In this document: positions 1-12,804 of the stretch, in pieces
Position numbering within the stretch: position 1 is the first letter of the stretch
How the letters are laid out: each line of letters opens with the position of its first letter
Source of the DNA: Antedon mediterranea
Lineage: Eukaryota > Animalia > Echinodermata
Length of the DNA: 64,000 nt
NCBI RefSeq assembly: GCF_964355755.1
Contig: NC_092671.1
Coordinates: 6,200,001 to 6,264,000 of the forward strand
Direction of reading: 5' to 3'
Translations under genes and position numbers: made by a program
The notes under the pieces: generated by a model
Told to the model about the DNA's origin: nothing
What the model saw: the letters and a program-made list of their open reading frames with translations, nothing else
Databases searched by the model: none

Positions 1-844
1 ACTATGGGTTTATCACTTTGACAGAGACTTTGTTGATTAATCCGTAGGCTATGCAGAAGGTACCAGATCAATGGATGACACTCTAGTAATCGTTGCAAAG
101 TGAAAGAACTTGGCAACGATAACACTTTGATTGTCTCTCGTTTACGTTTCCCTTTGAGTCCTTTATGGCATTAATTCTATTAATTACACAAGTCATAATT
201 AGATCAGTAGAGCCGGATAATTTGTATAATTCCAACTAAACTGATGAAAACAAAATGTTTGAGATTATTTGGGAATAGGATATGGCATATTATTAAAGAA
301 AACAAATAAATTATGTAATAAATAAATTATGTAAAGTAATATAATATGTAGTATTATTTCATTACATTGATAATTAGAATTAATTTATTTGTTTATTATT
401 AAATACAGTATATTTATATTTTATGATTAATCTCTGTACTATATGTATTTTCTGTATTACAGTTAATAATTTATGATATATTTTGTCGCCAATGAATTAT
501 AACCAGTAAAATGATACAATAGATAAAAAAAAACTAAAAGTAGATACAGACTTAATTTAATGAATGAATAAAACTTGAAAATGTATGTTTAAAATTGAAA
601 TTGAACCTGACATACATGGCAATACACAAAAAATGAAGTTATTAACAACAGTATAGAAATGGCAATAAAGCGAACTAAGCACTATAAAAAAAATCACCTT
701 TAACAGAAATAAAATTAATTATATCTATAAATTTAAGAAGGAATAAATTATTAAGGCGATAGAATAGTTTCTGAGAAATTTGATTTCAAATTCATGGAAA
801 TTCTCAGAAAGAAAAATATCACCGTTAAGATTGAAAAGAAAGAG

Positions 845-1436
845 GGAAGCTTGTAAAGAAACAGTGAAGATTGAATAGAAAAAGTGAAGCTTGTAAAGAA
901 ACAGTGAAGATTAAATAGAAACAGTGAAGATTGAATAGAAACAGTGAAGATTAAATAGAAACAGTGAAGATTGAATAGAAACAGTGAAGATTGAATAGAA
1001 ACAGTGAAGATTAAATAGAAACAGTGAAGATTAAATAGAAACAGTGAAGATTGAATAGAAACAATGAAGATTGAATAGAAACAGTGAAGATTGAATAGAA
1101 ACAGTGAAGATTGAATAGAAACAGTGAAGATTGAATAGAAACAGTGAAGATTGAATAGAAACAGTGAAGATTAAATAGAAACAGCGACAATTAGATTGAA
1201 AGAATCAGTGAAGATTGAAAGATAAAGCCAAGATTGAAAAGAAACAGTGAAGATTGAAAAGAAACAGTGAAGATTGAAAAGAAACAGTAAGAGTGAAAGA
1301 AACCGTGAAGATTGAAAAGAAAAGAAACCGTGGAGATTGAAAGAATCAGTGGAGATTGGAAGAATCAGTGGAGATTGGAAGAATCAGTGGAGATAGAAAG
1401 AATCAGTGGAGATTGAAAGATAAAGCGAAGATTGAA
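845..1436. repeat. Purine-rich minisatellite, ~20-bp unit GAAACAGTGAAGATTGAATA, decaying to 19-21-bp variants
   Basis: Tandem units directly visible. Confidence 0.95.
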
Positions 1437-1787
1437 GTCTTATTTTTAAATAAATAAATAGTAAATAGGAAAAACGACATCCAAATCAATAATACAAAGT
1501 AACTTCATGTTTTGGTTGTATGGTAGGTATTAGGATGATGTATTGTGAATTTCTAGGGGCAATTTGTGCAGCTGCTAAAGTCTAAATTGCCTTTAGCTAC
1601 TTAAACTTTAGCTATTTAAACTTTATACTTTGTATTGTAATTCTTGTTATAATTGGATTGTTATATTTACTATAAAATCTTTTACAGAAAAATTCTTACA
1701 CAGTATTAGTAGCTTCACCTCCCTGGTGCAAACTTCCCCCTTAAACAGAACATTGAATCAAGTTTAGTTTAGGGGTTGGGCTTGTAC

Positions 1788-1944
1788 TAAAGTCTGTCTA
1801 CACAACAAACTTTATGTGACAAAATAATGTGATGTGCCCATATATGGACATTCATATAACTACCATATTTGAGCATATCACTACTATATTTAGGCACATC
1901 ACACTTTTCTGTCAAACTAGTTTGATGGTATAGACGGAGCTTAA
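1788..1944 (-). mobile_element. MITE family A copy (PIF/Harbinger, Tourist-like)
   Basis: TIR ~AGCTCTGTCTACACTATCAAACT, TAA on both flanks, internal CCCAAATATGGTAGTGAT subrepeats in reverse orientation. Confidence 0.8.
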
Positions 1945-2580
1945 AAAACCAGAACCAACAATATATTTAGTGCTTATATTCGATTCATAAATGTAATGAC
2001 ATAGGCCCTATGTGAAATATAACTAACAATAACTAATTTTAGCTTAGTTTATACAAGAATACAAAAAGTAAACATTCTGGAATAATGGTTCTTTGTAATT
2101 GTAATTTGTTGTAATTTTGTTAAATAAGTCATTTGACCGTGAAATGAACTCTTTCTTCAAAAATCTTTGTATAAAACCACAATTATAGCAATAGTTTAAC
2201 AGTCCTAGTGACCTTTAGTCATTTTACTGTGGTTATACCACCAGATTTTCAATTGCATTGTTAGTCCCAAGGTATTTGCATTTTGGTTATAATGTCTTCT
2301 TCAAATTAAAGATCACTTTTGCTGTAGTCGTGCTTGTCAGCTGTTGTTGTCTAGCTAATAGTACTCTTATTCTTCAATACTATCATTGTAATTGGAAAAG
2401 TAAATTGAAATAAATGTATTGCATTTGTTGTAAATGCTTTACAAAACTTTATTGACAACATGAAAAGACACCAAGTAAGTATGTGCACACTTTCACATCG
2501 CCAATCAAGTTCTTGAATTTACACAAACTGCGTTTTGTATGGTGTGTGCGTCCCGGTATGTGTACAAAAAACTCTTGTCG

Positions 2581-2745
2581 AGCTCTGTCTACACTATCAA
2601 ACTAGTTTGACAAAAAAGTGTAATGTGGTCAAATATGGTAGTGATGTGCTTAAATATGGTAGTGATATGCTTAAATATGGTAGTGATCATCATGTCATGT
2701 CACATTTTCTTGTCACATACAATTTGATAGTGTGGACAGAACTTT
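2581..2745 (+). mobile_element. MITE family A copy
   Basis: agctctgtctacactatcaaactagtttgac...tttgatagtgtggacagaact; three AAATATGGTAGTGAT subrepeats. Confidence 0.85.
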
Positions 2746-5015
2746 AAGCGATGTGAAAGGGTAACTACAATAAGATATGTTTATAATAAACAAAATCAGT
2801 TGTTTTCATGATTCAGAAAGATGCACAAAACATTTAAAAGGCAAAATTAGAATTTATTCGTTCCCTTTATTCTCTCTGCAATGGGCGGGAAGGTCCTTTT
2901 AGATTTTTTTTTGTGACCTACCACCGCATACTAATTATTATTTGTGTTTCTACATGCCTAGTTTGGCAAGAGCTTCCGATTTAAAATAGTCCATTTGGTA
3001 TTAATTGCCACAGGCAGAAAAAATTCATTTCTGAATCGCCGTGAACCCAGGCAGGGAACAAATGCAATGGAAATGTATTTCTCACTGACCTTGTAAGCTT
3101 TTATGCACCGTTTATTAATCGATACCCATGCTATTTTCTATAGCATTCAATGCAAATAATTGATCAATTTTATGTTTTTTTCTCACTGTTGTATTTATAT
3201 AGTCAGTGTGTTAATTTCAAAATATTAAAATATTCTCTATATTTTGACTGAAATATTTTTCTGTCGGTAAAATATAAGATTTAGCTGGTGTATTTGAGTT
3301 ATAGCAATTGTACCATACAAGCTGTCTCTGGCCAGCATCTTTTTATGGCAATGTATTATTATATGTAATTAATATTATGCAGGTGGAATAAATAAATAAA
3401 TGAAACAAATGAAATGCAATTATGTATTAAATTGCCTTTTCTATTTATGGATAACTGTTAACCACAATGTAAATATTTGCTTAAATTTACAATAATAGTT
3501 TATAATCAATTAATTATGTAGAGTATTGTTTGATAAAGCATACTAACTATGGTTGTATGTATACAAATAAGTAAATTGTTTAAACATGAATGAATTAGTG
3601 TTTAAATTATGTCTGAATTTGTAGCAAATTCCTTGTCAATTAGACTACTGTAAATTATTTTACATGCTTTAAATATATTTGATATTAAATAGTTTGAAAG
3701 GTATCATTTACAAAAAATATCAATTCTAATTTATTGTGATGAGGAAATACAGTATTATTATCAAGTATTATGATTGAAACTCAGAAGTTTACAGAAAAAG
3801 CAATTTCAATTATTTATTAGTTAAAGTATAATAACTAATTTGCATAATGCATAAGTTAATGCATATTATTTGCATATTTTATTAGTTAGTATAAAGCCAG
3901 TTTGCATAATTAGGATGTCATTCCGTTTAATATTATTACAGTATGTCAGTAAGTTTAATTTATTTGCCCTTCCATGTTTTTAGTTATAATTATATTTCTT
4001 TATCAAATGTGTGTATGTATTTGTGTAGGTGCGATATAACATGCACTCACAGTTGGTAGTAGATTGACCTAATTCTCATAAGCCTAATCACACCCCTGCT
4101 ATGAAGGGTTTTCAACGACCTTTGACCTGACCTATGAATGTTACTATATTCAAATTTAACATGTTAGTGATAAAATCTGGACAAAGTTAATAACAATTTT
4201 GATATTAAATTTACATATTTATATTTTAAGATTTCCTGCCATTTATGGCAATGTGTCATTGAAAAGTTGGTGGAAAGATCTTCTATAATTGTGTATGAGC
4301 GTGGCTATAGTATTAATCACTTTTTTATAACAAAAAAACGTCTAATTTGGTCGTAAGTAAACATTTTATTAAATGTATTGCACATGCAGATGGTAAATCA
4401 GCATGTAAAAAATTCTTAGTAATCTAACGTTCAAGTAAGTACATCTTTGATCAATCTTATATTTCACTTACTTTGATGCCGGTAGGTAATGATATTCCGG
4501 GCATTGTGCAATTAAGTATAGATATCACACTGTAATCGGTATTATGCGCTCTTTTTCAAAGCTTTGGTTACATATAGTTATTATTGTATTTTGATTAGGT
4601 GTTGTAGAACGTGATGAACTGACCACTGGCAAGTGCATGTACTATTTAGTCTTAATAATCTGCTTTCCATATTTGACTCGTCCTGATTGGGTCATCATAT
4701 TATGACAAATGAGTTTGTCGATGTTGAGAAAGTCAGTTGGATCGTCATCGTTATTGTCACCATCGATATCCTGTCACCAACATTATCATCATGATTGTAA
4801 CCAGTATTGTGACAAATGAGTTGTAAAATTTGCATAATTTGTAATAAGATTATTGAATGTACAATGTACAATGTAAAAAATTAAAAAGTTATATAATTTA
4901 AGTGAGTATAAAATATTATTTCCATGGTTGGTCATTTATCATCTTACTTTTAATGTACATGACATTAGTAAATGAGTACATTGTAATATCCTTGAAATAG
5001 ATATACCTACTAATC

Positions 5016-5149
5016 TAAAGGTCTGTCCACACTATCAAACTAGTTTGACAAAAAGAACTATTGATATACCCAAATATGGTAGTGGCATGACATCATTTTG
5101 TCCATATATGGGCACATCAAATGTTTTTGATAGTGTAGACAGAGCTTAA
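5016..5149 (+). mobile_element. MITE family A copy
   Basis: Same TIRs, TAA/TAA flanks. Confidence 0.8.
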
Positions 5150-5490
5150 AATATACTATTATTGTATAGGGATATTTGTTCTTTTGATGTACTTCACCCG
5201 GATAAAACATGTTATACGTCAGAGCAGAGCATGCTCAGATGTATTCATCATTATTGCCTCATGTGAATATGTATCTCATTTATTTAAGTACCCCTTGGGC
5301 TTGACATTTTATTCCAATGCCTAGTGGATATTCCAATAATGCTATTTTGATATAATTATAATAGCTTCTATAAGCATTTATCTCAAGGGTGTTTCTTCCT
5401 CCCAAAGGACACAAATCCGTGTAGTAGGGTGGGAGTCACAGGGGCTTTGTGAGAAGCACGTCAACATGGTATCTGGGCTTGAGTCAAATC

Positions 5491-5615
5491 TTAAGCTATG
5501 TCTACACTAAAAAGAAAAGTGTGTGCCCAAATATGGTAGTGATATTACATCATCATGTCCACAGGGGAATATCACATTTTTTTGTGACATAAAGTTTGAT
5601 AGTGCAGGCAGAGCA
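5491..5615 (+). mobile_element. MITE family A copy (internally deleted)
   Basis: ttaagctatgtctacact...aaagtttgatagtgcaggcagagc. Confidence 0.75.
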
Positions 5616-8600
5616 TTTGGGATGTTCTCTCAAAAAGGGAAGAGACCCTATCCCCTCACAAAAATGTAGGGACATATCTCCACCCCAATATTTATATATG
5701 TTACTGTATAGAAAACAAAACAAGCAGCCTTTAGCCGGCTGAAAACATTGGTTTACAGGAAAAATATGTACTGTAATAAAAAAAAATGCTTTGTGCTGTA
5801 GCTTTGTAGGACTCACCCCTAACCTACCCCATCCTCTTCCAATTTTGTAAAATTGTTGGTATACGATGCTAATTGGAGATGTTGCCAACCACTCAGTGAC
5901 TCTTGTATTTCATGCATTTAGATAACGTACAGCAATGTTTGCAGTTTTCAAATGGTTAATATAGATAAGTATATTGTAATACCCTATAGGTTACAAACAT
6001 TTTAATAATAGATTATAATTTTGCCACTGTTGATTAAATATAATATGTTTATTAATAGAATTATTATCATTATCATATTATTATTGATTATAATACCCTG
6101 ATGGAATTACTTGAGTTGATTTAATTGTCAGAATAAATTATTGGTTTTCAATGAACCTGAAGGCTCTAGGAAAATCCTGGACACTAGGAAATAAGACACA
6201 GTTTTAAGGAAACCAGAATTTTTTACTATATAAAATCAGTAGACCAAGTTCAGTAATTCAAATCTTCAATAAAACAAAACAAATCTTAATTGCACAATTT
6301 AATTAAAAAAATATAAGAGGATGGGGCGTGAAAGTAATAATAAAAAGTAAATACTGTATATAAATATTAAAATAAAAGTAAATGTTTATGGATTCTCTTT
6401 ATAAAATCTAAAAAACAAACTATTAAAAATATATCTAAATATCAGAGTAGTTTGTTGTAAATACAGTACACCTCACATTTTAAAATTTAATAAGTTTTTC
6501 TTTTTATTATTTCTACTATTGATTTCATAGCATCATGAATCAAAATATATTCCTATATACTAATAATTTATATTTAGCCTGCTGTCAGTTTAAAAATTAA
6601 TTTTAAATTCTTTCCTTTTTAATGTCATGTGGTAAAAATAGTTACAATTATGTAATGATATGCAGAGTGAATGCTGAACTTCATTGAATAGTGTGAAACG
6701 CTATATGAACGAATGTAATAACACCTATTAGGTAGATTTGATTATCATTGATTTTTGTTGTCTACATTTACAATTCTAGTTTTTATTAGTATGCAAATCT
6801 ATGCGGTGCGAGTTAGTATTGATTTGAGAGAGCTCTGCAATTATCTAAACACAATAAGTACCCTGTCAACATAATGGTACGGTCCAGTAATTAAGGCTCA
6901 GCTATTCATTGCACAGCAATTGTGTGTGTATAGAGAGATTGTAATAGCACATGGTAAATTGCTGTAGTGAGCTCTGAGAGTGTGGGCCTGCATTCTTCTT
7001 GAAAGCATTGGAAACGTATATAAATCTTTATTTTTGGTGAGTTCTGTTAATATTCTATCATATTACATATTTCTGTAATGTAGCTGTGGTACAGGATTGT
7101 TTCTAAACAAACAATTTACTGACGATATTTGTTGTGAAACCGGAGAATGCTTGTTTATTAAAGTGCAGGCTTATCTTCATTATTCACCGTGTGTATGGCC
7201 TGCAGTCAGCAAGGCAGCTTTGCATGACAAAACAGTATGGCTAGGCCATGCTGTGTTGGTGCCAGAACCATGTGGACAAACCAATTTACTCCTTGTTTCC
7301 TAGACTCAAATTATTCTATATTAGAAAGTGCAAGACTTGTCACCATTTGGTAATAATAGTGACTTGAATTTATTAAAATTCCTACTGTAGGTCTTGCAAA
7401 TGTTGTCATTATTTGACACTGCCCACACAAGAAAATAAACTTATTTATCTCTTCAGCCTGGCCCTAGCTAGGCCTATAGACTGGATTAGTAAAATAGAGC
7501 AGCCTAGGCATACTACTACTAGGCCTACAGTAGCTCTATATTTTCTATGTGAAGAAAAGGATTAGGCCTAGTTAGATAGGATTGTGGAAGAATTTGCTGT
7601 CTAGACAGGCAAGTGAGTGCGATATCATGGATTGCCGGATCCGGATTGCCCAATAAATACCGTAGCATCTTTCAGAACCTTGTTTGAGAGTAGTTGTGCA
7701 CATGAGTTGGTCACATTTATGTTTGACTATATGCTCATAATCATTCATACTGTAATAAAATGTTTTAAATACTACTACAAACAAAAGACCGTAGATGCAA
7801 GAAATTATTCATTTCATCATTTATTAACAATATAATTAAAATAATATTAAAATCAATCTGAAAACATGCTGATTTATTTTTTTACAAGTTGTTAATGCAA
7901 ATGAAACTCGGATAGACTATACCGGTGCTATATAAATTTTTGCATTTATTGTTATTAAATATTACTATATTAAAAAAAAAAATGTGTTGATTTATGTGAG
8001 TAATATTGCATTATTTTTTGTATGCTATAAGTAACGATTATAATGGATGATGGACCCATTTTAAAAGTCGTTTTTCTGATGTGTCACTGCGCTGTCGACT
8101 AGTTAATACTCTAGAAATTGTTCTAATTGAAACTATAGTTTTGTAAAGTTGCTTGAAAATGTATTATTTAAAAATGTCAAGCGCGTTCATGATAAATTCT
8201 GTTCACGATGCAGTTAATTAATCCGCATAATCGAACTGAAAACGAAAATGTAAATTTGTAGCCTAACATTCTATTTTCTAACATCGATGATCTTTCACTA
8301 GTTGTTAAAGATCCTTTTCCATTTCATGGTAAGCTCCCTGGAAGCTCATATCCTACAACTAATAGCGTACTAATAATAAAGTAAATGAATAATACAATGC
8401 ACAGACCTATTTATACTTTCCGAGCTTGTATAAATTACATTACATCCCCACGGTTAATATAATATTTTCTATTATTAGCATAAGTGGTCTCATGTGTCCT
8501 TTTGTGGGTCATATATTGGATGCCAGATTATTACGTTTTTATTTATTACCCAGGTCGTATATTTCTATCGAATATTCTCGGTTCCCAGAATGCAGTTGGA

Positions 8601-10006
8601 TGTTCATGATCGCTATGATTTCCAACCATAGGAGTATAAAGTTTACTCGTAATTCTGTCTGTCGACTAGTTTTTAAAGTTAATACTCTAAAATGTTATTG
8701 TGTGAATGGTTATCTATCGCATGATAATTTTTGTGTTGAAAGTTATAGGAACTGATGTACCATTGATAGCAATAAATAATAGTTACTGTAACATATAAAC
8801 AATTGTCATTTTTTTCATGAATTTAACAATAACCATTGTTTGCAGATTTCTTGGTATTTTCACTGAATTACATAGAAAACTTATAAATATGAATTTTCAT
8901 TATTTTGATAATTACATTATCTGACAAGTTTCATTCAGGGAACATGTACTTTTAACTGATAATTACTATCCAACTACAAACTGATAACCAATAATTTGAA
9001 TCACAATATAAAATTAATTACCAGAGCACAAATCAAAATATATTTATTGTTATTACAATTTACATACCATAAATTATGAAACAATTTTATTTACATATTT
9101 TACTGCGTGAATGATACTAAATATTTTTCACAAATTGTAGTTTGTTTACCTAGCATAGCAACCGCAACAATTACAAAATGTATGCTAATGCTATACATGC
9201 ACTGATTTCACAATAGGGTTATTTTCTTATTAAAAGTTTTCAATTCTGTTCAGGTTGTTTTGATATATTCCCAGAAAATACAATTTCAAATCTATAAACA
9301 GGATAATGTTGCAAACATAAGTACCATGATAGTCTGTTCCTACACACTTGACGTAGTGATAGCCTTGTATGTTCCAAAAGTCTTTACATACTGTACATTC
9401 AAACATCATGAATATTTATAGGGCATTGATTTACTTATGTAAGTAACTCATTTTCCAATTTGTGTAAATAAGTTTATTTAACAAATTATATTACTTGATC
9501 ATGGAGCAATTAATAATTATGCAAACTGCCTGTCATTGTTGGATCATTGTCAGAAACTTAATTAATTCACTACGTTTTTTTTAGAGGACATATTCACTTA
9601 TGATTATAATCGTTTGCATCAAAGTTTGGTTGAATTCATCGCATTTAATAAGATTAATTATCTGTAGTTTAACAATACATACTCGTAGAAAAATATGACC
9701 AAAATATTCTATTCAATATTGTATTATGAACCAAATGTTGTTTACGTAAGCAAACTTGTATGGTATCAATGTTGCATGTAAATATTTTAATGGCACATTG
9801 TCATTTATTTTATCGAGCGCATCACCCTAGAGTGCCTACAGAGATCTCTAGTAATTTTTTAATGAGACGTTTATTTCCTTCTATTGTAGTAATGCGAATA
9901 AAATCAGTTAGTATGCTTGCATTGATATGATGTAAAATATTGTTGTTCTTATTCAATGTTCCTGGCCTCCTGTGTCATGGATCCTAATTCTAGCCTCATG
10001 ATTCTT

Positions 10007-10149
10007 AAGTTTTGACTGCGTTATCAAACTAGTTTGTGCCCAAATATGATAGTGATATACTTCAATATGGCGATGATAACATCATCATGTCCATATGGGC
10101 ACATCACATTTTTCTTCTCATAAAGTTTGATAGTGTAGACAGAGCTTTA
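10007..10149 (+). mobile_element. MITE family A copy (left end degraded)
   Basis: tatcaaactagtttg...cataaagtttgatagtgtagacagagcttta. Confidence 0.8.
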
Positions 10150-11829
10150 GTTTGTTTAGATCAGTATATGTCTATAAAAAGTTAAAATATCAACCTTAAC
10201 TTATTGTCTTTTTTCAGTAAGGAATGAAAAATATAAACGGTTTTAATTTACGCGGTTTATGCTTGATTATACAGTTTCATTTGTTCCATTCTCGATTAAT
10301 TTCAAATTTTTGGCAGGGTTGTGTGTGCATAGCATACACCCCATTTCACAGGCAGTGCTTGCATTGTGAAACGTAACAAGCACATCACAGTTGAATAGAG
10401 CTTTTGAATACTTTTATCGGGTTTGAGAATATTGTGCCTAATAAGCCTTGCGTCACTGTGGCACTAAATAGTACTTACGGAACAGTGTCTCTGACAAATT
10501 ATTGATCTCCATGTTGGTATTTCTCACTGGGCTTTATACCCAATTTGAACAGTGTTTGTTCTAGGCTTGTCTAGTGCTGTTTTAGTCATCAAAATAATCT
10601 TTGTTTTAATTGTTTAGCCTAATGATCATTGTTAAAAGATCTGTGATGTAATGTGTAACAACAAATGTTTCTTTTCAAATATTGTTCCTGATCACAATAG
10701 CCTTGCTATCAACAACAATGATGGGTTTGGCCAGATGATTTGCAAATAATATTTCTGAACTGTAAATTCAACTTTCTTAATTTGTAACTGTTGAAGCCAA
10801 TCACTAAACCAAAAAAAAAGATAACACTGATCCTATCACAATTATTGTATACCTAACCTAAACCAATAACATTTGGTTAATGTACTGTACTGTAGATGTT
10901 TGTTGTAATGTTGACAATATGAATTTCAAAATACAGGAGTGTTATTTAATTTCTAAGAACAAAGTTTTCCCAAATTGTTGATACTGATAGCTACTGTACT
11001 GTAAAGTAGTAGAACTTGTTTTTCTTTCTAGTTTCAATGCTGTGGCGGCCTATCCACCTCTTGGTACAAGTTACAGATAACGAACCTGCAAATGAATATC
11101 ATATCTTTCTAATAACAATGACAAAACCCCAAACAAATTCTGCACTTGGTCTCACTCTACACAAGAAAGTAACCTATCAGTATCAGTATCAGTGTGTTTA
11201 GTGGGCTGATCATTTAATTATCTAAGGGTAGTTAATATAGAATAGCATTGGCAGATGGATGTGTTGTACAATACATCATGGGAACATTGTGAATGATTAG
11301 ATACGAATCTTAGATATTGATGAATTAATTTTTCTGGTTTTAATATTTTATAGACTGTGTTATAACACTTTTTGGTATACTATTTGTTTGTATTGTCCTC
11401 CTGACTAGTTTATAATCTGCTTATTGTGTTTTGACATTAAGTAATTAACGAATGTAATTTATACCTGTACATTTGCATCTGTTAAACAAACTATATTGCA
11501 AAAATAAATAAAAATGTCAAAATCAAGGGATAAAAGGCTTAGGTGGTATTATGTAGAACTTCTTTTTCCTTTAAAAACATGGTTTTGTTGAGTGAAAACT
11601 AAATGAGTTTAATAAATATTCCAGATATTGTTGATCTATTTATTAATTTGTTGATCAATTTCACTAATCTAAAAACAAGGGGAAAAATCTGTGGAAAACA
11701 AACAATTGTTTTAGAGTCTTCCTCTCTCTCTATGTTCTGTTCCCTACAGTCTAGTCATCAATTCACTTTAAAGATATTTTGACACACATGGCGTTTCATA
11801 TGTTTAATATTTGAGTTGGGATACAGACA

Positions 11830-12072
11830 TGAATCAAAACGCTGAATGGTGGTAACAACATACAAAAGACCTGGGGCAAGTCTAAAGCCTTCTATGCAAA
11901 GGACACAATTTTGGCTAGACAATGTGCACTGGCGGCGTAGGTCTAAGTTGAGTGCTTAAAACCACATTATCGTACAGGAGACATGGTCTGGATGTGGAAA
12001 AAGAACATGCAACAAGATGTACTTAATTAATTCTGAGGTTCAAGTAGACTGGCAACTAAGCCTTGATGATGA
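11830..12072 (+). mobile_element. Possible degraded 3' end of an RTE-type LINE
   Basis: GC-richer patch with residual peptide QRTQFWLDNV (resembles the RTE ORF C-terminal WLDN motif), ending in a short (GAT)n tail. Confidence 0.3.
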
Positions 12073-12584
12073 CGTTATTGCTTTCGATATTTTTTTCTAT
12101 ATAGTATAACCTAGTGTGTAATTTCTCCGCCGATATCTGATACGAGATATAGCTATAAGATTATATTTGTTTAAATGTATACAGTGTATCAATATTGGTC
12201 ACTTTCATTTTTAGGTTTTTGCTTATAATATATTAAGGAATTATACTTTGGTGTAGTTTATGAAAAAAAAGGATGGGTTTAATATGTGTGAAAGTACTTT
12301 CATTGGTTGTCTAAATCAAAGCAACGACGTTTGATTTTCTGTTGTATATAACTAATAGTGCAATGCGCACATTTATGCTAGTTTGTGAGGTACAGTAGAG
12401 TACTGTACATTTATTTTGCACACAGTTTTCCACACATACATTTATGTTTATTATTTTAACACTGTTTTGATGTTTCTTTGTTCTAGTGTTGTGTCTGTCA
12501 TGGTTTTTATGTAATATTTCTTGTCATTGTTTTATTTATTAGTTTTGTATTATTTTGTACATTTCTTTTAATTTTCAGGTATAT

Positions 12585-12804
12585 ATGTATAACAATCATA
12601 CCATGATGGACCAAGGGGTTCTAGGAGACCCAATGCATGGGCATCCACAGTCACCGCAGCCCGAGCCAGACTCTGTCAAAATGTTTGTGGGCCAGATCCC
12701 AAAGGATATGCCCGAAACGGAATTGCGAGAAATGTTAGAAACGTATGGTGGGCCCGTATACCAGTTGAAAGTTCTCAAGGATAAAGATACAAATGAGAGT
12801 AAAG
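12585..12804 (+). CDS. CELF1/2: CELF coding exon 1 (exon starts 12579): N-terminus and first part of RRM1
   Basis: Acceptor ttttcag|GTATAT at 12578/12579; ATG 12585; [11 protein letters not shown]...[46 protein letters not shown]; donor AAAG|gtaagc. The start codon could also be one of the downstream Mets or lie in an upstream exon. Confidence 0.92.

Noticed and set aside
2535-2747. 70-aa ORF with KYGSD repeats (also 34220..34423)
   Set aside because: Translation of MITE family A subrepeats.
2990-3420. Possible old CR1-like LINE 3' end (AATAAATAAATGAAA tail)
   Set aside because: Too degraded; no convincing peptide motif could be recovered by eye.
8090-8700. Short similar motifs tgtcgactagtt..aatactcta near 8094 and 8660
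   Set aside because: About 25 bp with an indel; not enough to define an element.
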